From a virus (Duplodnaviria; Caudoviricetes), in the IMG/VR virus record IMGVR_UViG_3300011335_000873, positions 1 through 50,681 of that record: a stretch of 50,681 nt of DNA, one strand, 5' to 3'. Position 1 is the stretch's first letter, and every line of letters starts with the position of its first letter. A program made the position numbers and the translations under genes. Shown here one piece after another: positions 27,183 through 37,108 of this stretch. The notes under the pieces are model-generated. The model did no database searches. It had not been told where the DNA came from and saw only the letters and a list, made by a program, of their open reading frames with translations.

Positions 27183-29420
27183 ATGGCCGACACGCTCGGG
27201 GTTCGTCAAAGATTTCAAGAAATTCTTGAAGCTTCGCGGACCCAGGACAGATCTAAGCAAGCAACTACGTTAGTCGTACTTAGTCATATTCAGCAGATGA
27301 CTCTGTTGATGATTAAGAAAGGGCTTACTTTTTATTGCGAACAAGACACGTATCGGTCTAGGTCAAGATTTATTGATGATTTACTTACTTTAAATAAATT
27401 TGATATTCGACTTCCGTCTATTATTAGGAACTTTTTAATTGATGGTTGCGGCCTTTTTTACTTTCGCCCTGATCCTAAATTAAAATATCAAATTTACTTT
27501 TTCCCTAAGGATCAATATCGTGTGTATCACGATGTAAATGGGAATATTGAAGAAGTCGTTATTATTTATAAATATAAAGTTCGTAACTCCAATCTTGGAT
27601 TACCTTCTGAAATCTCAGGTCTGAACGAAAGGTACGTCCGGATTTCTATAACAGATTCAAAGATTGCCGAGTTTGAATCCAACACAGAACTGAGTTTTGA
27701 TTTAGAACCCGGCGGTGTAATGACTGCCAATAATTCCAGGGAAAACACCCTAGGTTTTATTCCCGCCGTGGAGGTTTTAAACAAACCTGACAGTAGCGGC
27801 ACCTCTGGTGAAGGTGAGTTTGAACCTTTTATGGAGCAGATCGTTTTACACGATACACTTATTTCTAATATTGCTAAAAATATTGAGTTTTTTGGTAACC
27901 CGACTCTGATCAGTTCCCGCCCACGTAGTGATCTGGTCGAAGCTAGTGATTCTGATCGCACCTTCCGTCCGACCATCAGTAGCCAAAGTGGTTTTGGTGG
28001 TAGGGATACTCCTTCAACTCGTGTGAGTGAACCTTTCGGTTCGCACGGGATGATCGGCGGTTTGCGTGTTCCTCGGATTATTGCAAATGTCGAACCTTCC
28101 GATCGGGTTGGTTACATGACACCAGACCCCGTTAACGGGGATATGAATCGTTGGGCACTTCTTCTTCGGGAAGAAATTCGTACAGCTCTTGGCGGTGTGG
28201 ATGAAATCTCGGTTTCTGCCGGGGCTACTGCGACAGAAATTAAAGGTCTTATGGGTCGGGCTCAGGCCACGGCTCTCCGAAAAAATAAAAGTTTCCTTAC
28301 TTATGGTTTCTGTAAGTTACTGGAAATGATGCTGTTCCACCAAGAACAGATGTTTAAAAAAAGTTTTGCTCTAGTTATTAAGCTTAAACCAGTAAAACCT
28401 GCTGCTGATGGTTCTGCAGAGGAAGCCATTAGGTTCTCATCAGACCAACGAAAGTTTGATGCGAAGCTGGATCAATTAATGCGGGAGGCTTTATCCACAT
28501 CTTCCGTACCTGAAGGTGTATTTGGTCTGCCTCCTGATGGAGATCGGACAGTTGCATATAGGTATCAAGGAGATGTTTATGAGGACACCGCTTACGATAT
28601 AAATCAAAAATCTATTGTTGTTCGGAACTTACAAGAGCTAGGGGTTGACAGCGTGGAAGCGTTGCGATACCTGTTCCCAGATAAGACCGATACTGAACGT
28701 GAAGAGATGCTAAAAGGATTTCCTTTTAGAATGATTCAACAAACTCAAAGCGCATTCCAACAATTTTTAGTATTATTATCACAGATGTTGCAAACGCCAC
28801 ATCCACTTGCTCCGGATCAGCCACTCGGTGCAGATCCAAGATTAAACCTGACGCCCTTGTTATATAGGACGTTCGACCACCTTGCGCAAGAACTAACCTA
28901 CTCGGGTAGCTATGAGCCAGCAGATCCAAGCTTCAATCCCGAGCCCGGTAGCCCCGGCGGTAGCAGCCCCCCAGGCGGCGCCCTCGGACCAGGGCTCAAC
29001 CGCCTACCCCCAGTGGGTGGCGCAAACCAGTACCCCGGCGGTAGCTTCGGTACCTACGCTCCAAGCGCCGTCGCAGGCGCAACAGGGTACGGGCCTTTCT
29101 ACCAGCAACCAGTACAACCAGTATCCGTCCGCGTCCTCCCCGTCGAATCCGTGGGAAGCAGCGATGGGCAGCCTGGAGCGGGTGGTCTCACGAATGTCCC
29201 CCTTCCCCAGCCAAACAGCACAGTCTCCGCAGTACCAAACAACGGCGCAGGCTACTCCTCAGTACAGTCCGAATTTACAGGGCCAACCCTGGGCTTATCA
29301 AGCCCCTACGGCAGCGCCGACCTACTCCAACAACGCATCTACGACCCAAACTTCCTCACCGACTTCTACGGCAGGACAACAAACCCCCCAGCTAAGCGCC
29401 GCAACCGTTCAGGTCGTTAA
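27183..29420 (+). CDS. portal protein with long Pro/Gly-rich C-terminal extension
   Basis: NTLGFIPAVEVLN...GEGEFE...NIEFFGNP resembles SPP1-type portals; lies between terL and capsid genes. Confidence 0.75.
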   Translation: MADTLGVRQRFQEILEASRTQDRSKQATTLVVLSHIQQMTLLMIKKGLTFYCEQDTYRSRSRFIDDLLTLNKFDIRLPSIIRNFLIDGCGLFYFRPDPKLKYQIYFFPKDQYRVYHDVNGNIEEVVIIYKYKVRNSNLGLPSEISGLNERYVRISITDSKIAEFESNTELSFDLEPGGVMTANNSRENTLGFIPAVEVLNKPDSSGTSGEGEFEPFMEQIVLHDTLISNIAKNIEFFGNPTLISSRPRSDLVEASDSDRTFRPTISSQSGFGGRDTPSTRVSEPFGSHGMIGGLRVPRIIANVEPSDRVGYMTPDPVNGDMNRWALLLREEIRTALGGVDEISVSAGATATEIKGLMGRAQATALRKNKSFLTYGFCKLLEMMLFHQEQMFKKSFALVIKLKPVKPAADGSAEEAIRFSSDQRKFDAKLDQLMREALSTSSVPEGVFGLPPDGDRTVAYRYQGDVYEDTAYDINQKSIVVRNLQELGVDSVEALRYLFPDKTDTEREEMLKGFPFRMIQQTQSAFQQFLVLLSQMLQTPHPLAPDQPLGADPRLNLTPLLYRTFDHLAQELTYSGSYEPADPSFNPEPGSPGGSSPPGGALGPGLNRLPPVGGANQYPGGSFGTYAPSAVAGATGYGPFYQQPVQPVSVRVLPVESVGSSDGQPGAGGLTNVPLPQPNSTVSAVPNNGAGYSSVQSEFTGPTLGLSSPYGSADLLQQRIYDPNFLTDFYGRTTNPPAKRRNRSGR

Positions 29421-29832
29421 CCACTTCGGTATCGAAGCTCCTGGGATTCTTAACCAATATTCCGTAACTCTGGAAGATGCTCTGATCGCTCAAAACGAGC
29501 GGATGGAAGCCATCGCTGCCCGTGGTTCTGCCATGGAGCATATCTTGACCGATCCGGATCAGTTGGCCGACTACACAAATCGCTTCTTCACCGAAGTGTA
29601 CCCTGTGGACGCCGACGAGACCTCTTACCAGCCTCAAGCGGGTTACCAACCCCGTTATGACATGCCTGCCGTTCCTGCCTCTGCTGGCGGCCCTGTGCGT
29701 CAAGATCCCGGCACTCAGTGGGAAGGTTTCTCCAACACCATGAATCAAAACCCCGAACAGGCGTGGCGATTCTTGAGTCAAATGAGCCCTGACGCTTTCC
29801 GTCAGAAGCTCCTGTTCTTGGATGCTGCTTGA
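28912..29832 (+). CDS. putative scaffolding protein
   Basis: Disordered P/Q/S-rich N-terminus with helical C-terminus; between portal and capsid; followed by a terminator. Confidence 0.6.
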   Translation: MSQQIQASIPSPVAPAVAAPQAAPSDQGSTAYPQWVAQTSTPAVASVPTLQAPSQAQQGTGLSTSNQYNQYPSASSPSNPWEAAMGSLERVVSRMSPFPSQTAQSPQYQTTAQATPQYSPNLQGQPWAYQAPTAAPTYSNNASTTQTSSPTSTAGQQTPQLSAATVQVVNHFGIEAPGILNQYSVTLEDALIAQNERMEAIAARGSAMEHILTDPDQLADYTNRFFTEVYPVDADETSYQPQAGYQPRYDMPAVPASAGGPVRQDPGTQWEGFSNTMNQNPEQAWRFLSQMSPDAFRQKLLFLDAA

Positions 29833-29848
29833 TAGCCTCCGTTGAATG

Positions 29849-29896
29849 AAAAATAAACCCTAGTTCGCTTAAAACACGAATTAGGGTTATTTTTTT
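29849..29896 (+). terminator. intrinsic terminator (possibly bidirectional)
   Basis: AACCCTAGTTCG...CGAATTAGGGTT stem flanked by A and T runs. Confidence 0.7.
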
Positions 29897-29919
29897 ATAC
29901 CGAACTTGCAAGTTTTGTT

Positions 29920-30093
29920 ATGGCTCCTTTTAAATCAGAAGCTCAACGTAAACTTTTTTACGCAAAAGCCGAACGCGGAGAGATTCCTGAGTCTACCGTC
30001 CGGGAATATGAGCACGAAACCCACGGGAATCTACCTGAACACGTCAAAGCAAAAAAGAAAGCCCAGAAGTATACTGAAAATAAAGGATCTTGA
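29920..30093 (+). CDS. small basic phage protein, 57 aa (not in ORF track)
   Basis: MAPFKSEAQRKLFYAK...LPEHVK matches the common phage PFKSxAQR...LPE family. Confidence 0.75.
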   Translation: MAPFKSEAQRKLFYAKAERGEIPESTVREYEHETHGNLPEHVKAKKKAQKYTENKGS

Positions 30094-30095
30094 TC

Positions 30096-30278
30096 ATGGT
30101 TCAACATATAGGGCACTCTCGGCGTCGTTCCGAACCTAATTCTCCTGAGCTTATTGCTCAAATTGAAGCGTTGCAAGCCGAATTAGCTGCATTTAAAAAA
30201 GAATATCAAACAGATATGACAAATGTTGCTTTAGATTTAGCTAAAATTGATGAAAAAGCAACTCCTCCTGTTGCTTAA
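30096..30278 (+). CDS. small coiled-coil protein
   Basis: LIAQIEALQAELAAFK. Confidence 0.55.
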   Translation: MVQHIGHSRRRSEPNSPELIAQIEALQAELAAFKKEYQTDMTNVALDLAKIDEKATPPVA

Positions 30279-30320
30279 TTCGCTATAGGTATAATTTAAG
30301 TAGCCCTAAGCACGGATCTC

Positions 30321-31136
30321 GTGGGTTACATTTCGCTGGTTAATTATAAGTACGACACAGGCCCGCATCAACTTCAAGGTGGGCCAAATCACACAGACGA
30401 TAATCTTTTACTCACTCAAAAATATCTAGTAGTTTCTAGCGGGTACATTGATTCGTTAGGAAATCAAGTTTCTTGGTACGGGGTTAATGATGTAGGCAAC
30501 GATTACGGGCGTTCCGTTATCGGTCCACCTAACTCTGGTGCTTATGTAGTAGATGCTTGGCGAGCTGTACCTACTGCTATCTCTGGTTTTTGGTCTGATT
30601 ACGACTATAAGTACTATTCACCTAGTGGCGAACTGAGCATTTATAACGGGTTCCGTGGATACACTACCCAGACAATTGCAAATGCCAAAGTTTTAACATC
30701 CTATAATCCGCAATACGGTGTGCGGGATATGGGAGCGTATACATATTACGGAGGGTACGCACCTTCGACTCAAACATACGACCCATACAATACGCCTGCT
30801 TCTTTAACTACTTCGGAAGGCACTACGGGCGGCGGTGTTAGTCACCCACGTCATATGGGTGCTTTATTAACCACAGAAGCTGTTGCAGGAGCAACTACAG
30901 GATCTCGTACCGAGTGGGTTTATAATCCTCCGGTTTATTGTCAGACTTTTACTGAAAGTTACTATACGGGTATTCCTGGTTTTATGGGCGCTCCGACTCA
31001 CTACATGTATCGAGGTAAGTCCTCTAGGTATGCTTTTAACCTAGGTTCTATTTACGGCGTGGGTGGTGAGGGTATTCGCGCTCTTCCTCATCGGTTTAGT
31101 CCTTCAGTCAACAGTAGTAATCAGAAAAGCATTTAA
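30321..31136 (+). CDS. Tyr/Gly/Thr-rich putative structural protein
   Basis: 271 aa; TATAAT upstream; precedes the capsid gene. Confidence 0.6.
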   Translation: MGYISLVNYKYDTGPHQLQGGPNHTDDNLLLTQKYLVVSSGYIDSLGNQVSWYGVNDVGNDYGRSVIGPPNSGAYVVDAWRAVPTAISGFWSDYDYKYYSPSGELSIYNGFRGYTTQTIANAKVLTSYNPQYGVRDMGAYTYYGGYAPSTQTYDPYNTPASLTTSEGTTGGGVSHPRHMGALLTTEAVAGATTGSRTEWVYNPPVYCQTFTESYYTGIPGFMGAPTHYMYRGKSSRYAFNLGSIYGVGGEGIRALPHRFSPSVNSSNQKSI

Positions 31137-31216
31137 CGCTATAAACGCGACAAGTAGTACACTAGTTACATAAAAACAATTTAAAATAAGAGAGTAGTTT
31201 TTCGGAGATTGACGCT

Positions 31217-32332
31217 TTGTTCGTCGATAATGATTTTCCGAAGCTGCTCGGTGCCGAACTGTACCGTCCGCATCCTGCGTACGTTGTAGAGATGGCTGCG
31301 GAGCCTGTAGTCGTTCATGACTTCAGTAAGCAGCCAGGGCAGACTGTGCAGCTTGACAGGTACAGGTTCTGGGGAAACCCAGGCAGCAAGGAGTCACGTG
31401 AGCGTACTGCAGAGCAAACCATCGGTACTGCTAGCAGCCGCAACATCGTTAAGGATAAGGTACTCGTAACTCTTCGTGAGTATACAGGTCCTGCAGATCC
31501 TAACGATCCTACACAAGCTAGCACTTTTAAGATCGCACGTGAGACACTGATTACCGCTCAGCGTTTGCTGCTCGATACCGGTAACCTTACTGCGTTCCAC
31601 CAATCCATTGGTAGCCTCACCCTTCTGGATGACTATCGCCGGTGGCGCGATCGGGTGTTCATCAACGAACTCCTGAAAGCTGTTTCTAAGGGCAAGTCTT
31701 CAGATACCCAAGGTGGTTACTACTACCCTGGCGATTTGGCTGTTGGTTCTTTGACCTACACCAACTCTGAGCAAGCCAAGTTTGACGTTAAGGATGACCT
31801 TCTTCGGGTGGTCAAGTCCCTGCGTAAGCGTAATACCCCCACCTACCAAGATGGGTTCTACCGTTGCGTTTGCGATCCTACCTTCCTGATGCACCTGCGT
31901 CAGAACTCTGACTTCCGTGAGGTGGCTCGCTACCCCGGCAACGGTCAGATCAATCCCCTCATGTCAGCTATGCAGCCTAACGCTGCTATCTACATGGGTC
32001 AAGGTTTCGGTCAAGCTACTTTCGTGGCTGGCGAACCCATCATGCCTACTGGTTTCGTTTTTGAAGGTGTGCGATTCTTTGAATCCACCAACATGCCTTC
32101 TCAAACTGCTGCGGCAACTATCGGTGGTACTGCGTCTACGTACGACAGTGCAATCGGTATGTTCTTCGGTCCTCAGGCTGTTGGTGTTGGCATCGGTGGC
32201 AACAATGCCCAAGTGTTGCTCAACAACAACGACGATTTCAGCCGTTTCATCATGATGATTTGGAGCCTGTACGCAGGTTTTGAACTTCTGAACGCTGACT
32301 TCGTGTCTGTTGCCTACTCATTTAACGTTTGA
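31217..32332 (+). CDS. major capsid protein
   Basis: 371 aa, strongly biased codon usage, QPGQTVQLDRY and FEGVRFFES HK97-type motifs, located after portal/scaffold; TTG start. Confidence 0.85.
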   Translation: MFVDNDFPKLLGAELYRPHPAYVVEMAAEPVVVHDFSKQPGQTVQLDRYRFWGNPGSKESRERTAEQTIGTASSRNIVKDKVLVTLREYTGPADPNDPTQASTFKIARETLITAQRLLLDTGNLTAFHQSIGSLTLLDDYRRWRDRVFINELLKAVSKGKSSDTQGGYYYPGDLAVGSLTYTNSEQAKFDVKDDLLRVVKSLRKRNTPTYQDGFYRCVCDPTFLMHLRQNSDFREVARYPGNGQINPLMSAMQPNAAIYMGQGFGQATFVAGEPIMPTGFVFEGVRFFESTNMPSQTAAATIGGTASTYDSAIGMFFGPQAVGVGIGGNNAQVLLNNNDDFSRFIMMIWSLYAGFELLNADFVSVAYSFNV

Positions 32333-32346
32333 GGAGGTAATTAACC

Positions 32347-33216
32347 ATGACTACTAACGCTAACCAGCTTCAAGTTTCCAAGATCTATCCTGGGAACTAC
32401 ACCAACGTTCTTCGTTACTGGCACGACGAAAAGTCTTTCCAGTTCCGTAACCAGAACGATACCGAAACCACCTACAGCAACCAGCCCATTGGCGGTCCTG
32501 TTGGCGTGGTGTTCCAACCTGGCTGGGTTGCCCAACAAGCTATTGGCTACGTCGATTTGTCGTTCCAAGCTTTGGGTACCAACCAAATCGACTATTACAC
32601 TCAGGCTTATAGCTCGGGTCTGAATGGTGCTAACGTCGCGTTCACCAACGCCGCTGTGATCATCCCTTCTCCGGATGCTTACAAGGATGTTCGTGCCGAC
32701 ATCACTGACGGTATCAAGGTGCCTTCTGGTGCTTATGTTTATCGTCTGTCCGTCCGTGTTGACGGCGGCGACGTAATCAGCAGCGGTGTTGGCGGTGGTA
32801 CTTCTACCCCCACCCTGGGTCTTGGCCCCGCTGTGGGCGTTGGTCTTAACACCACTCCCTCTGCTTCTGGTTTCTTTGTTACCCTTGCCGGTAGCAACAG
32901 CCGTATTGCCAACGGCGCTTTTAACACCAATAACGTGTGGAATAGCTCTACTCTGTATCGGACTGGTACCGAAACTCAGTACAAGCTGTTTGCCGTTACC
33001 AACCTTGGTGGTGCCACAGCTTCCGGTTTGGGTCAAGCTTCCGGTGTGTTCGATCCTCGGGCTGCTAACGGCAGGCTCAGTGGCAAGAACAAGGCTCTGG
33101 CTGTTTGCGAAGTCTGCTGGGTTCTGGCTGACGACGCTCCTGGTCGTGACGATCTGGCCCTCCAACCTGCTGGTTTGGTGGAGTCAAACGTTTACACCTC
33201 TACCGTTCCTGCTTGA
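32347..33216 (+). CDS. abundant capsid decoration / cement-like protein
   Basis: GGAGG RBS, capsid-like codon bias, co-transcribed with the capsid gene up to a terminator; beta/Gly-rich. Confidence 0.6.
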   Translation: MTTNANQLQVSKIYPGNYTNVLRYWHDEKSFQFRNQNDTETTYSNQPIGGPVGVVFQPGWVAQQAIGYVDLSFQALGTNQIDYYTQAYSSGLNGANVAFTNAAVIIPSPDAYKDVRADITDGIKVPSGAYVYRLSVRVDGGDVISSGVGGGTSTPTLGLGPAVGVGLNTTPSASGFFVTLAGSNSRIANGAFNTNNVWNSSTLYRTGTETQYKLFAVTNLGGATASGLGQASGVFDPRAANGRLSGKNKALAVCEVCWVLADDAPGRDDLALQPAGLVESNVYTSTVPA

Positions 33217-33235
33217 TCTCTTTAGAGCAAATACT

Positions 33236-33260
33236 GCCCCCTCTTCGGAGGGGGTTTTTT
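33236..33260 (+). terminator. intrinsic terminator
   Basis: GCCCCCTC-TTCG-GAGGGGGT followed by a T run. Confidence 0.9.
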
Positions 33261-33720
33261 ATTGGTTTGCTATTTTTTGACGATTTAAAAAATCTTGTAT
33301 TTGTTGCAACCTAGTGTTTGGATTTTGACTGAAGTTGGGTGCCCCGCGAAGTTCAGGATTCAGTGCATCTGCTGCTTTGTATGCCCACTCCATGGGATTT
33401 AAATAGTCTGCGAATGCAGCTCCTGCTTCGATTTGACGAGGGTTTACGCCTCTCCCGTAAAGCGGGTCAATACCAATAGTCTCTTTTATCTTTTGTTTAT
33501 TTAAAGCCTCGGCTGCCATTCGTAATAATCCTGGAGCTGAAGTGGCAGCAGCACCTACGGGCGTGTATGCCGTTATTCCTGCTCCTAAACCTGAAGCTGC
33601 TCGGATAGCCGCTTGTGGTGAAGAGATCCCAGCGTCTTTAGCTCTGCCAAATTCAGCAACAGCATTTATTACATCAAGCCCCGGTCCCGCTAACTTACCT
33701 AACCAACTTGGAATACCCAT
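33259..33720 (-). CDS. hypothetical A/G-rich protein
   Basis: 153 aa; TATAAT on the minus strand at about 33743-33748. Confidence 0.6.
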   Translation of the reverse strand: MGIPSWLGKLAGPGLDVINAVAEFGRAKDAGISSPQAAIRAASGLGAGITAYTPVGAAATSAPGLLRMAAEALNKQKIKETIGIDPLYGRGVNPRQIEAGAAFADYLNPMEWAYKAADALNPELRGAPNFSQNPNTRLQQIQDFLNRQKIANQ

Positions 33721-33785
33721 TTTTTCTAAAACACCTACCTAAATTATAATCTGTTAGTAAACTAACTCTAGACACTACCCACATA

Positions 33786-34223
33786 ATGACTGTCGCTCAA
33801 CTTCAAGAGGTTGTTTTTACGCCCAGCGGGGTCAAAGTTGTAATTTTAAGTGAACATGACGAAGGAGAGTACAAGATGGTACGTTCCGTGACCACTGGCA
33901 AAGTATTTTTTGCCCATAAAGGTCAAATTGAGTTTGTAGAAGCTACAGAAGAGAAAACAAGCGCAAAACCCGCCTTGAAGCGCCGTGGTCGCCAACTTAT
34001 TCAACCAGAGATTCCTTTTGAGAATCGCGTAAACATCAATAGTGCGACTCCGGAACGACTAACTCAAGTACTTAAAGGTGTAGGAATCAAGACGGCGGTT
34101 GAAATTAAGGAACTGCAACAGTCGATGCCCGGTGAGCGCTTCACCAAATTGGATCAGTTGAAGGCAATCAGCAGGGTTGACTGGACTGAAGTGTTGGAAG
34201 GCGGCGTAGTTTATGTCGAATAA
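33786..34223 (+). CDS. helix-hairpin-helix DNA-binding protein (ComEA-like C-terminus)
   Basis: RVNINSATPERLTQVLKGVGIKTAVEI...FTKLDQLKAISRV. Confidence 0.8.
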   Translation: MTVAQLQEVVFTPSGVKVVILSEHDEGEYKMVRSVTTGKVFFAHKGQIEFVEATEEKTSAKPALKRRGRQLIQPEIPFENRVNINSATPERLTQVLKGVGIKTAVEIKELQQSMPGERFTKLDQLKAISRVDWTEVLEGGVVYVE

Positions 34224-34279
34224 TCAATTTATTTAATATTTTACGCAATTAGAATAGAAGTACATAGCGGTAAAGTGTC

Positions 34280-34900
34280 GTGTCTCAATTCTCGCAACAA
34301 GAACTTGAGCAAATTCAGAGTTACTTATCGCAACAGGGTGTAGTTTTTCAAGCTACACAGACTGATGCGACTAAAAGGGAAATAATTTATGCGGCTGTTA
34401 ACCAACTAACCCGTAATCCAGCACAAACTTTTGGATACAGGCTAGATGATTATAATTTTAGTCGTGTTGCATATCATCTAGGTTATAATATTGCCACAGT
34501 GCCTGCTGGTGACTACGCTCGCTTGCTTGAAGCGACCAGTAGTATCCCTTCTGAGTTTTATTACGATAAAATTGTTGGACAGCTTGAGCGTTGCGAAGAC
34601 GCTGAGCGGTTAACTGAGCTAGCTACCGGCAGAGCAACCAGTCGTCAGGAAACTATTCTTGGTGACGTTAGTCGGTCTATTAACGTTCAAGATAAACGCG
34701 AAACTGCTCGGATTTGGCGCGAAAACTATCAATTTGAGTGTGATCGTTTAGCGCATATGCTTTACGTTCCTAACTATAAAGACCCTGTTACAGCTCGGTA
34801 CCGTTTTGAGCGCAGTGGAGGTGAGTTTATTCAAGCCATTCCGGGGCCTCCGGACACCGCTAGAGCAGACAGGTTGTATTTTTACACTAAGTGGAGATAA
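34280..34900 (+). CDS. putative head completion / adaptor protein
   Basis: Helical 206-aa protein downstream of the capsid genes; positional inference. Confidence 0.5.
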   Translation: MSQFSQQELEQIQSYLSQQGVVFQATQTDATKREIIYAAVNQLTRNPAQTFGYRLDDYNFSRVAYHLGYNIATVPAGDYARLLEATSSIPSEFYYDKIVGQLERCEDAERLTELATGRATSRQETILGDVSRSINVQDKRETARIWRENYQFECDRLAHMLYVPNYKDPVTARYRFERSGGEFIQAIPGPPDTARADRLYFYTKWR

Positions 34901-34936
34901 GAGCTATATTATTACTAGAAGTTTTATTGGGCGGAC

Positions 34937-36703
34937 GTGACCAATTTTCAAAATTTAGCCAGAGTACCAGGTCAAATAGAAAAAGGATTGGTAACCGCTT
35001 CCGAGCTTGTAACAAGTCCTGTACTTAGACGTAATATAACAACATTTTTACAGGCGTTACCTCATATGTTAATGCCTGCTGCTGAGAATCCTGCCACCTA
35101 CAGGCAAGGAAGTCTCTTTACTAAACCTAAAGCAGGCAACGCTTTAGGCAACACTCAAAACTTTACTGGAAACAGAACACCTTTTATTCGTAGTGAAGAA
35201 ATAGTCCCTCCGGCTCGTCTTCGGGTTTCTGTCGGCGGTACTCGTCCCGCCCGACCCGAAGGGCAGAGGCAGATGGAAATTTTTCAAGATATTCCTCTTG
35301 CCCGTCCAGGTACAATTAAACGAGCTCCTGAAACTCTACGACCAGCTCCTGAGCCTCAGTTTTCCTTTCCTCGCCGCCAACTTCCAGCTTCTTTAGAAAC
35401 TTTTAGCCAACTGCAAGCCAGAGATCCTGGTACAGCCTCCTCGATGCTTCAGTTAGCAGATCGAGCTTCAAGTTACTACGGAGTTCCTCGTGAAGAAGTC
35501 CTCCGTGGGATGATGGGTGGAGAAGGTACTAATTATCTTGCTCGTCTTGAAGGAGCAGGTCCTGGGGCACTTGTTCGGTCTCCTGAAGCTGCTATTGCAC
35601 AACAAGATTTGCGTTCATTGTCTTCCCGTTTTGGTGGCGGAAACGGAGAAGTGCCTCCGACTACGGCAGCAAACGTTCCAGGTGGACGTTTAATGCAGTC
35701 TCCTGGCGGAGAGCTAGCCAATAAAAATGTTCTTATACCCGATAACAATTTTTATATCGATGTTGAATCACGAACAGTGTCTCCGGATCTTCTTAATGCT
35801 GTTGGCGGCGTACGGACAGGTAATTTAGGAGCCTTGGCGGCTGTACTTGGTGGTGGAGCTGCCGCAGGTCTTGCCGTTGGTTCTCGGTTTAACCAGGGTG
35901 AACCTTCGCTGGGTGAAACTACAACGGCAGCCCCTCCTGAGCCCAATGTTCCGGCTTCCAAGACATCGGTTTATGACGATCGTCTGTATTCCACGCCTCT
36001 ACCCGAAAATTATCGCGAGGACTCTTCCTATTTAGATCCTTCAGCGGGTCCTGTCAAGATTATGGGAGGTGGCGCACGAGACAGTGCCGTTCGTGAGCAA
36101 ATACAACAGTATGCGCGTGGGCAAGGAACGCAAGACACCAGAGCTTCTAAGCCCTCAGCACTCCAAGCTCAATACGCACAAGAAAGTCTTAAAGCTCGGG
36201 CTAATATCGGTGAGATCATCAATGAGCTTGGGTACAATGCGCCTGATAAAGCTCCTCTAAGGCAATGGGCTGTTCAAAATCCTGCGCTTGCAATGCGGTT
36301 GTTTGAACAACAACAGGCTACTGCTGCTAAAGCCAGCAATCTTCAACTTCGTGACTCTTTCCCGTCTCCTAGTGATTTAGCACCGGCTGATGTAAGTCAG
36401 CAGTCTTTAGGTAATGTTCAAGGCTCGATGATAAACGCATCTTTAGGTTCTAATTTAGCCAATAATGCTACAGCAAATAGTCATTTTAAGGCTGAATCCG
36501 CTGTTGCCCCTTCTCAAGGTGCTGACGAACTAACCAACGCCACGCAACCTATGGAGCAACCGACTCTTATGACGGATCGTCAGTATATGGATCAAGCTCC
36601 TGCTAGGGAGTACGACACCGCTAAGATTTCTGACGCTATGTTGCGTCGTGCCATGGAGCTTAAACTGGGTCAGTTCCAAACAAGCTCGATTATTGGAGGC
36701 TGA
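34937..36703 (+). CDS. large low-complexity putative internal virion protein
   Basis: 588 aa, P/A/Q-rich, with a central hydrophobic LAAVLGGGAAAGLAVG segment. Confidence 0.55.
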   Translation: MTNFQNLARVPGQIEKGLVTASELVTSPVLRRNITTFLQALPHMLMPAAENPATYRQGSLFTKPKAGNALGNTQNFTGNRTPFIRSEEIVPPARLRVSVGGTRPARPEGQRQMEIFQDIPLARPGTIKRAPETLRPAPEPQFSFPRRQLPASLETFSQLQARDPGTASSMLQLADRASSYYGVPREEVLRGMMGGEGTNYLARLEGAGPGALVRSPEAAIAQQDLRSLSSRFGGGNGEVPPTTAANVPGGRLMQSPGGELANKNVLIPDNNFYIDVESRTVSPDLLNAVGGVRTGNLGALAAVLGGGAAAGLAVGSRFNQGEPSLGETTTAAPPEPNVPASKTSVYDDRLYSTPLPENYREDSSYLDPSAGPVKIMGGGARDSAVREQIQQYARGQGTQDTRASKPSALQAQYAQESLKARANIGEIINELGYNAPDKAPLRQWAVQNPALAMRLFEQQQATAAKASNLQLRDSFPSPSDLAPADVSQQSLGNVQGSMINASLGSNLANNATANSHFKAESAVAPSQGADELTNATQPMEQPTLMTDRQYMDQAPAREYDTAKISDAMLRRAMELKLGQFQTSSIIGG

Positions 36704-36705
36704 TC

Positions 36706-37095
36706 ATGTCGCTCTCTTCTTTCAATATGTCCGACGTGGATATGACCGGGTATGATCCCTACGGAAAGGGTATACCTGGTCTTGATACCTCTGCGTACTC
36801 CATGGATGCGATCCAATCCAACCCTCAAAAAGGTTTTGGTTTTTCTGATATTGCCAAAATTCTTGGGATTGGTGCTGGTATAGCAGGGGATGTTTTAACA
36901 GGTACTCCAAAATTTTCTCGTCTTGCTGGGGCCCGTTTGGCTGATTACTTTAATACATCCGACCCCAATAAAACATCAGATTTGTTTGGGTTTGATGATA
37001 GCAGCAAGTCTACTTCGGACGTTACACGTCTCATTAAAGCGATTACCAATAATTATTCCAGCTATAGTAGGGGAACAGCAAATCCGTTCGGTTAA
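36706..37095 (+). CDS. putative internal virion protein
   Basis: ILGIGAGIAG segment; RLAG motif. Confidence 0.5.
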   Translation: MSLSSFNMSDVDMTGYDPYGKGIPGLDTSAYSMDAIQSNPQKGFGFSDIAKILGIGAGIAGDVLTGTPKFSRLAGARLADYFNTSDPNKTSDLFGFDDSSKSTSDVTRLIKAITNNYSSYSRGTANPFG

Positions 37096-37108
37096 ACAGG
37101 AGACTTAA

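Noticed and set aside
32341-33165. 274-aa antisense ORF (also 5003-5587, 27566-27976, 29392-29781 and similar)
   Set aside because: Shadows of strongly codon-biased genes on the opposite strand.
33786-34223. PsbU photosystem auxiliary gene
   Set aside because: Only the generic helix-hairpin-helix pattern is shared and there is no signal peptide; a DNA-binding protein is more likely.
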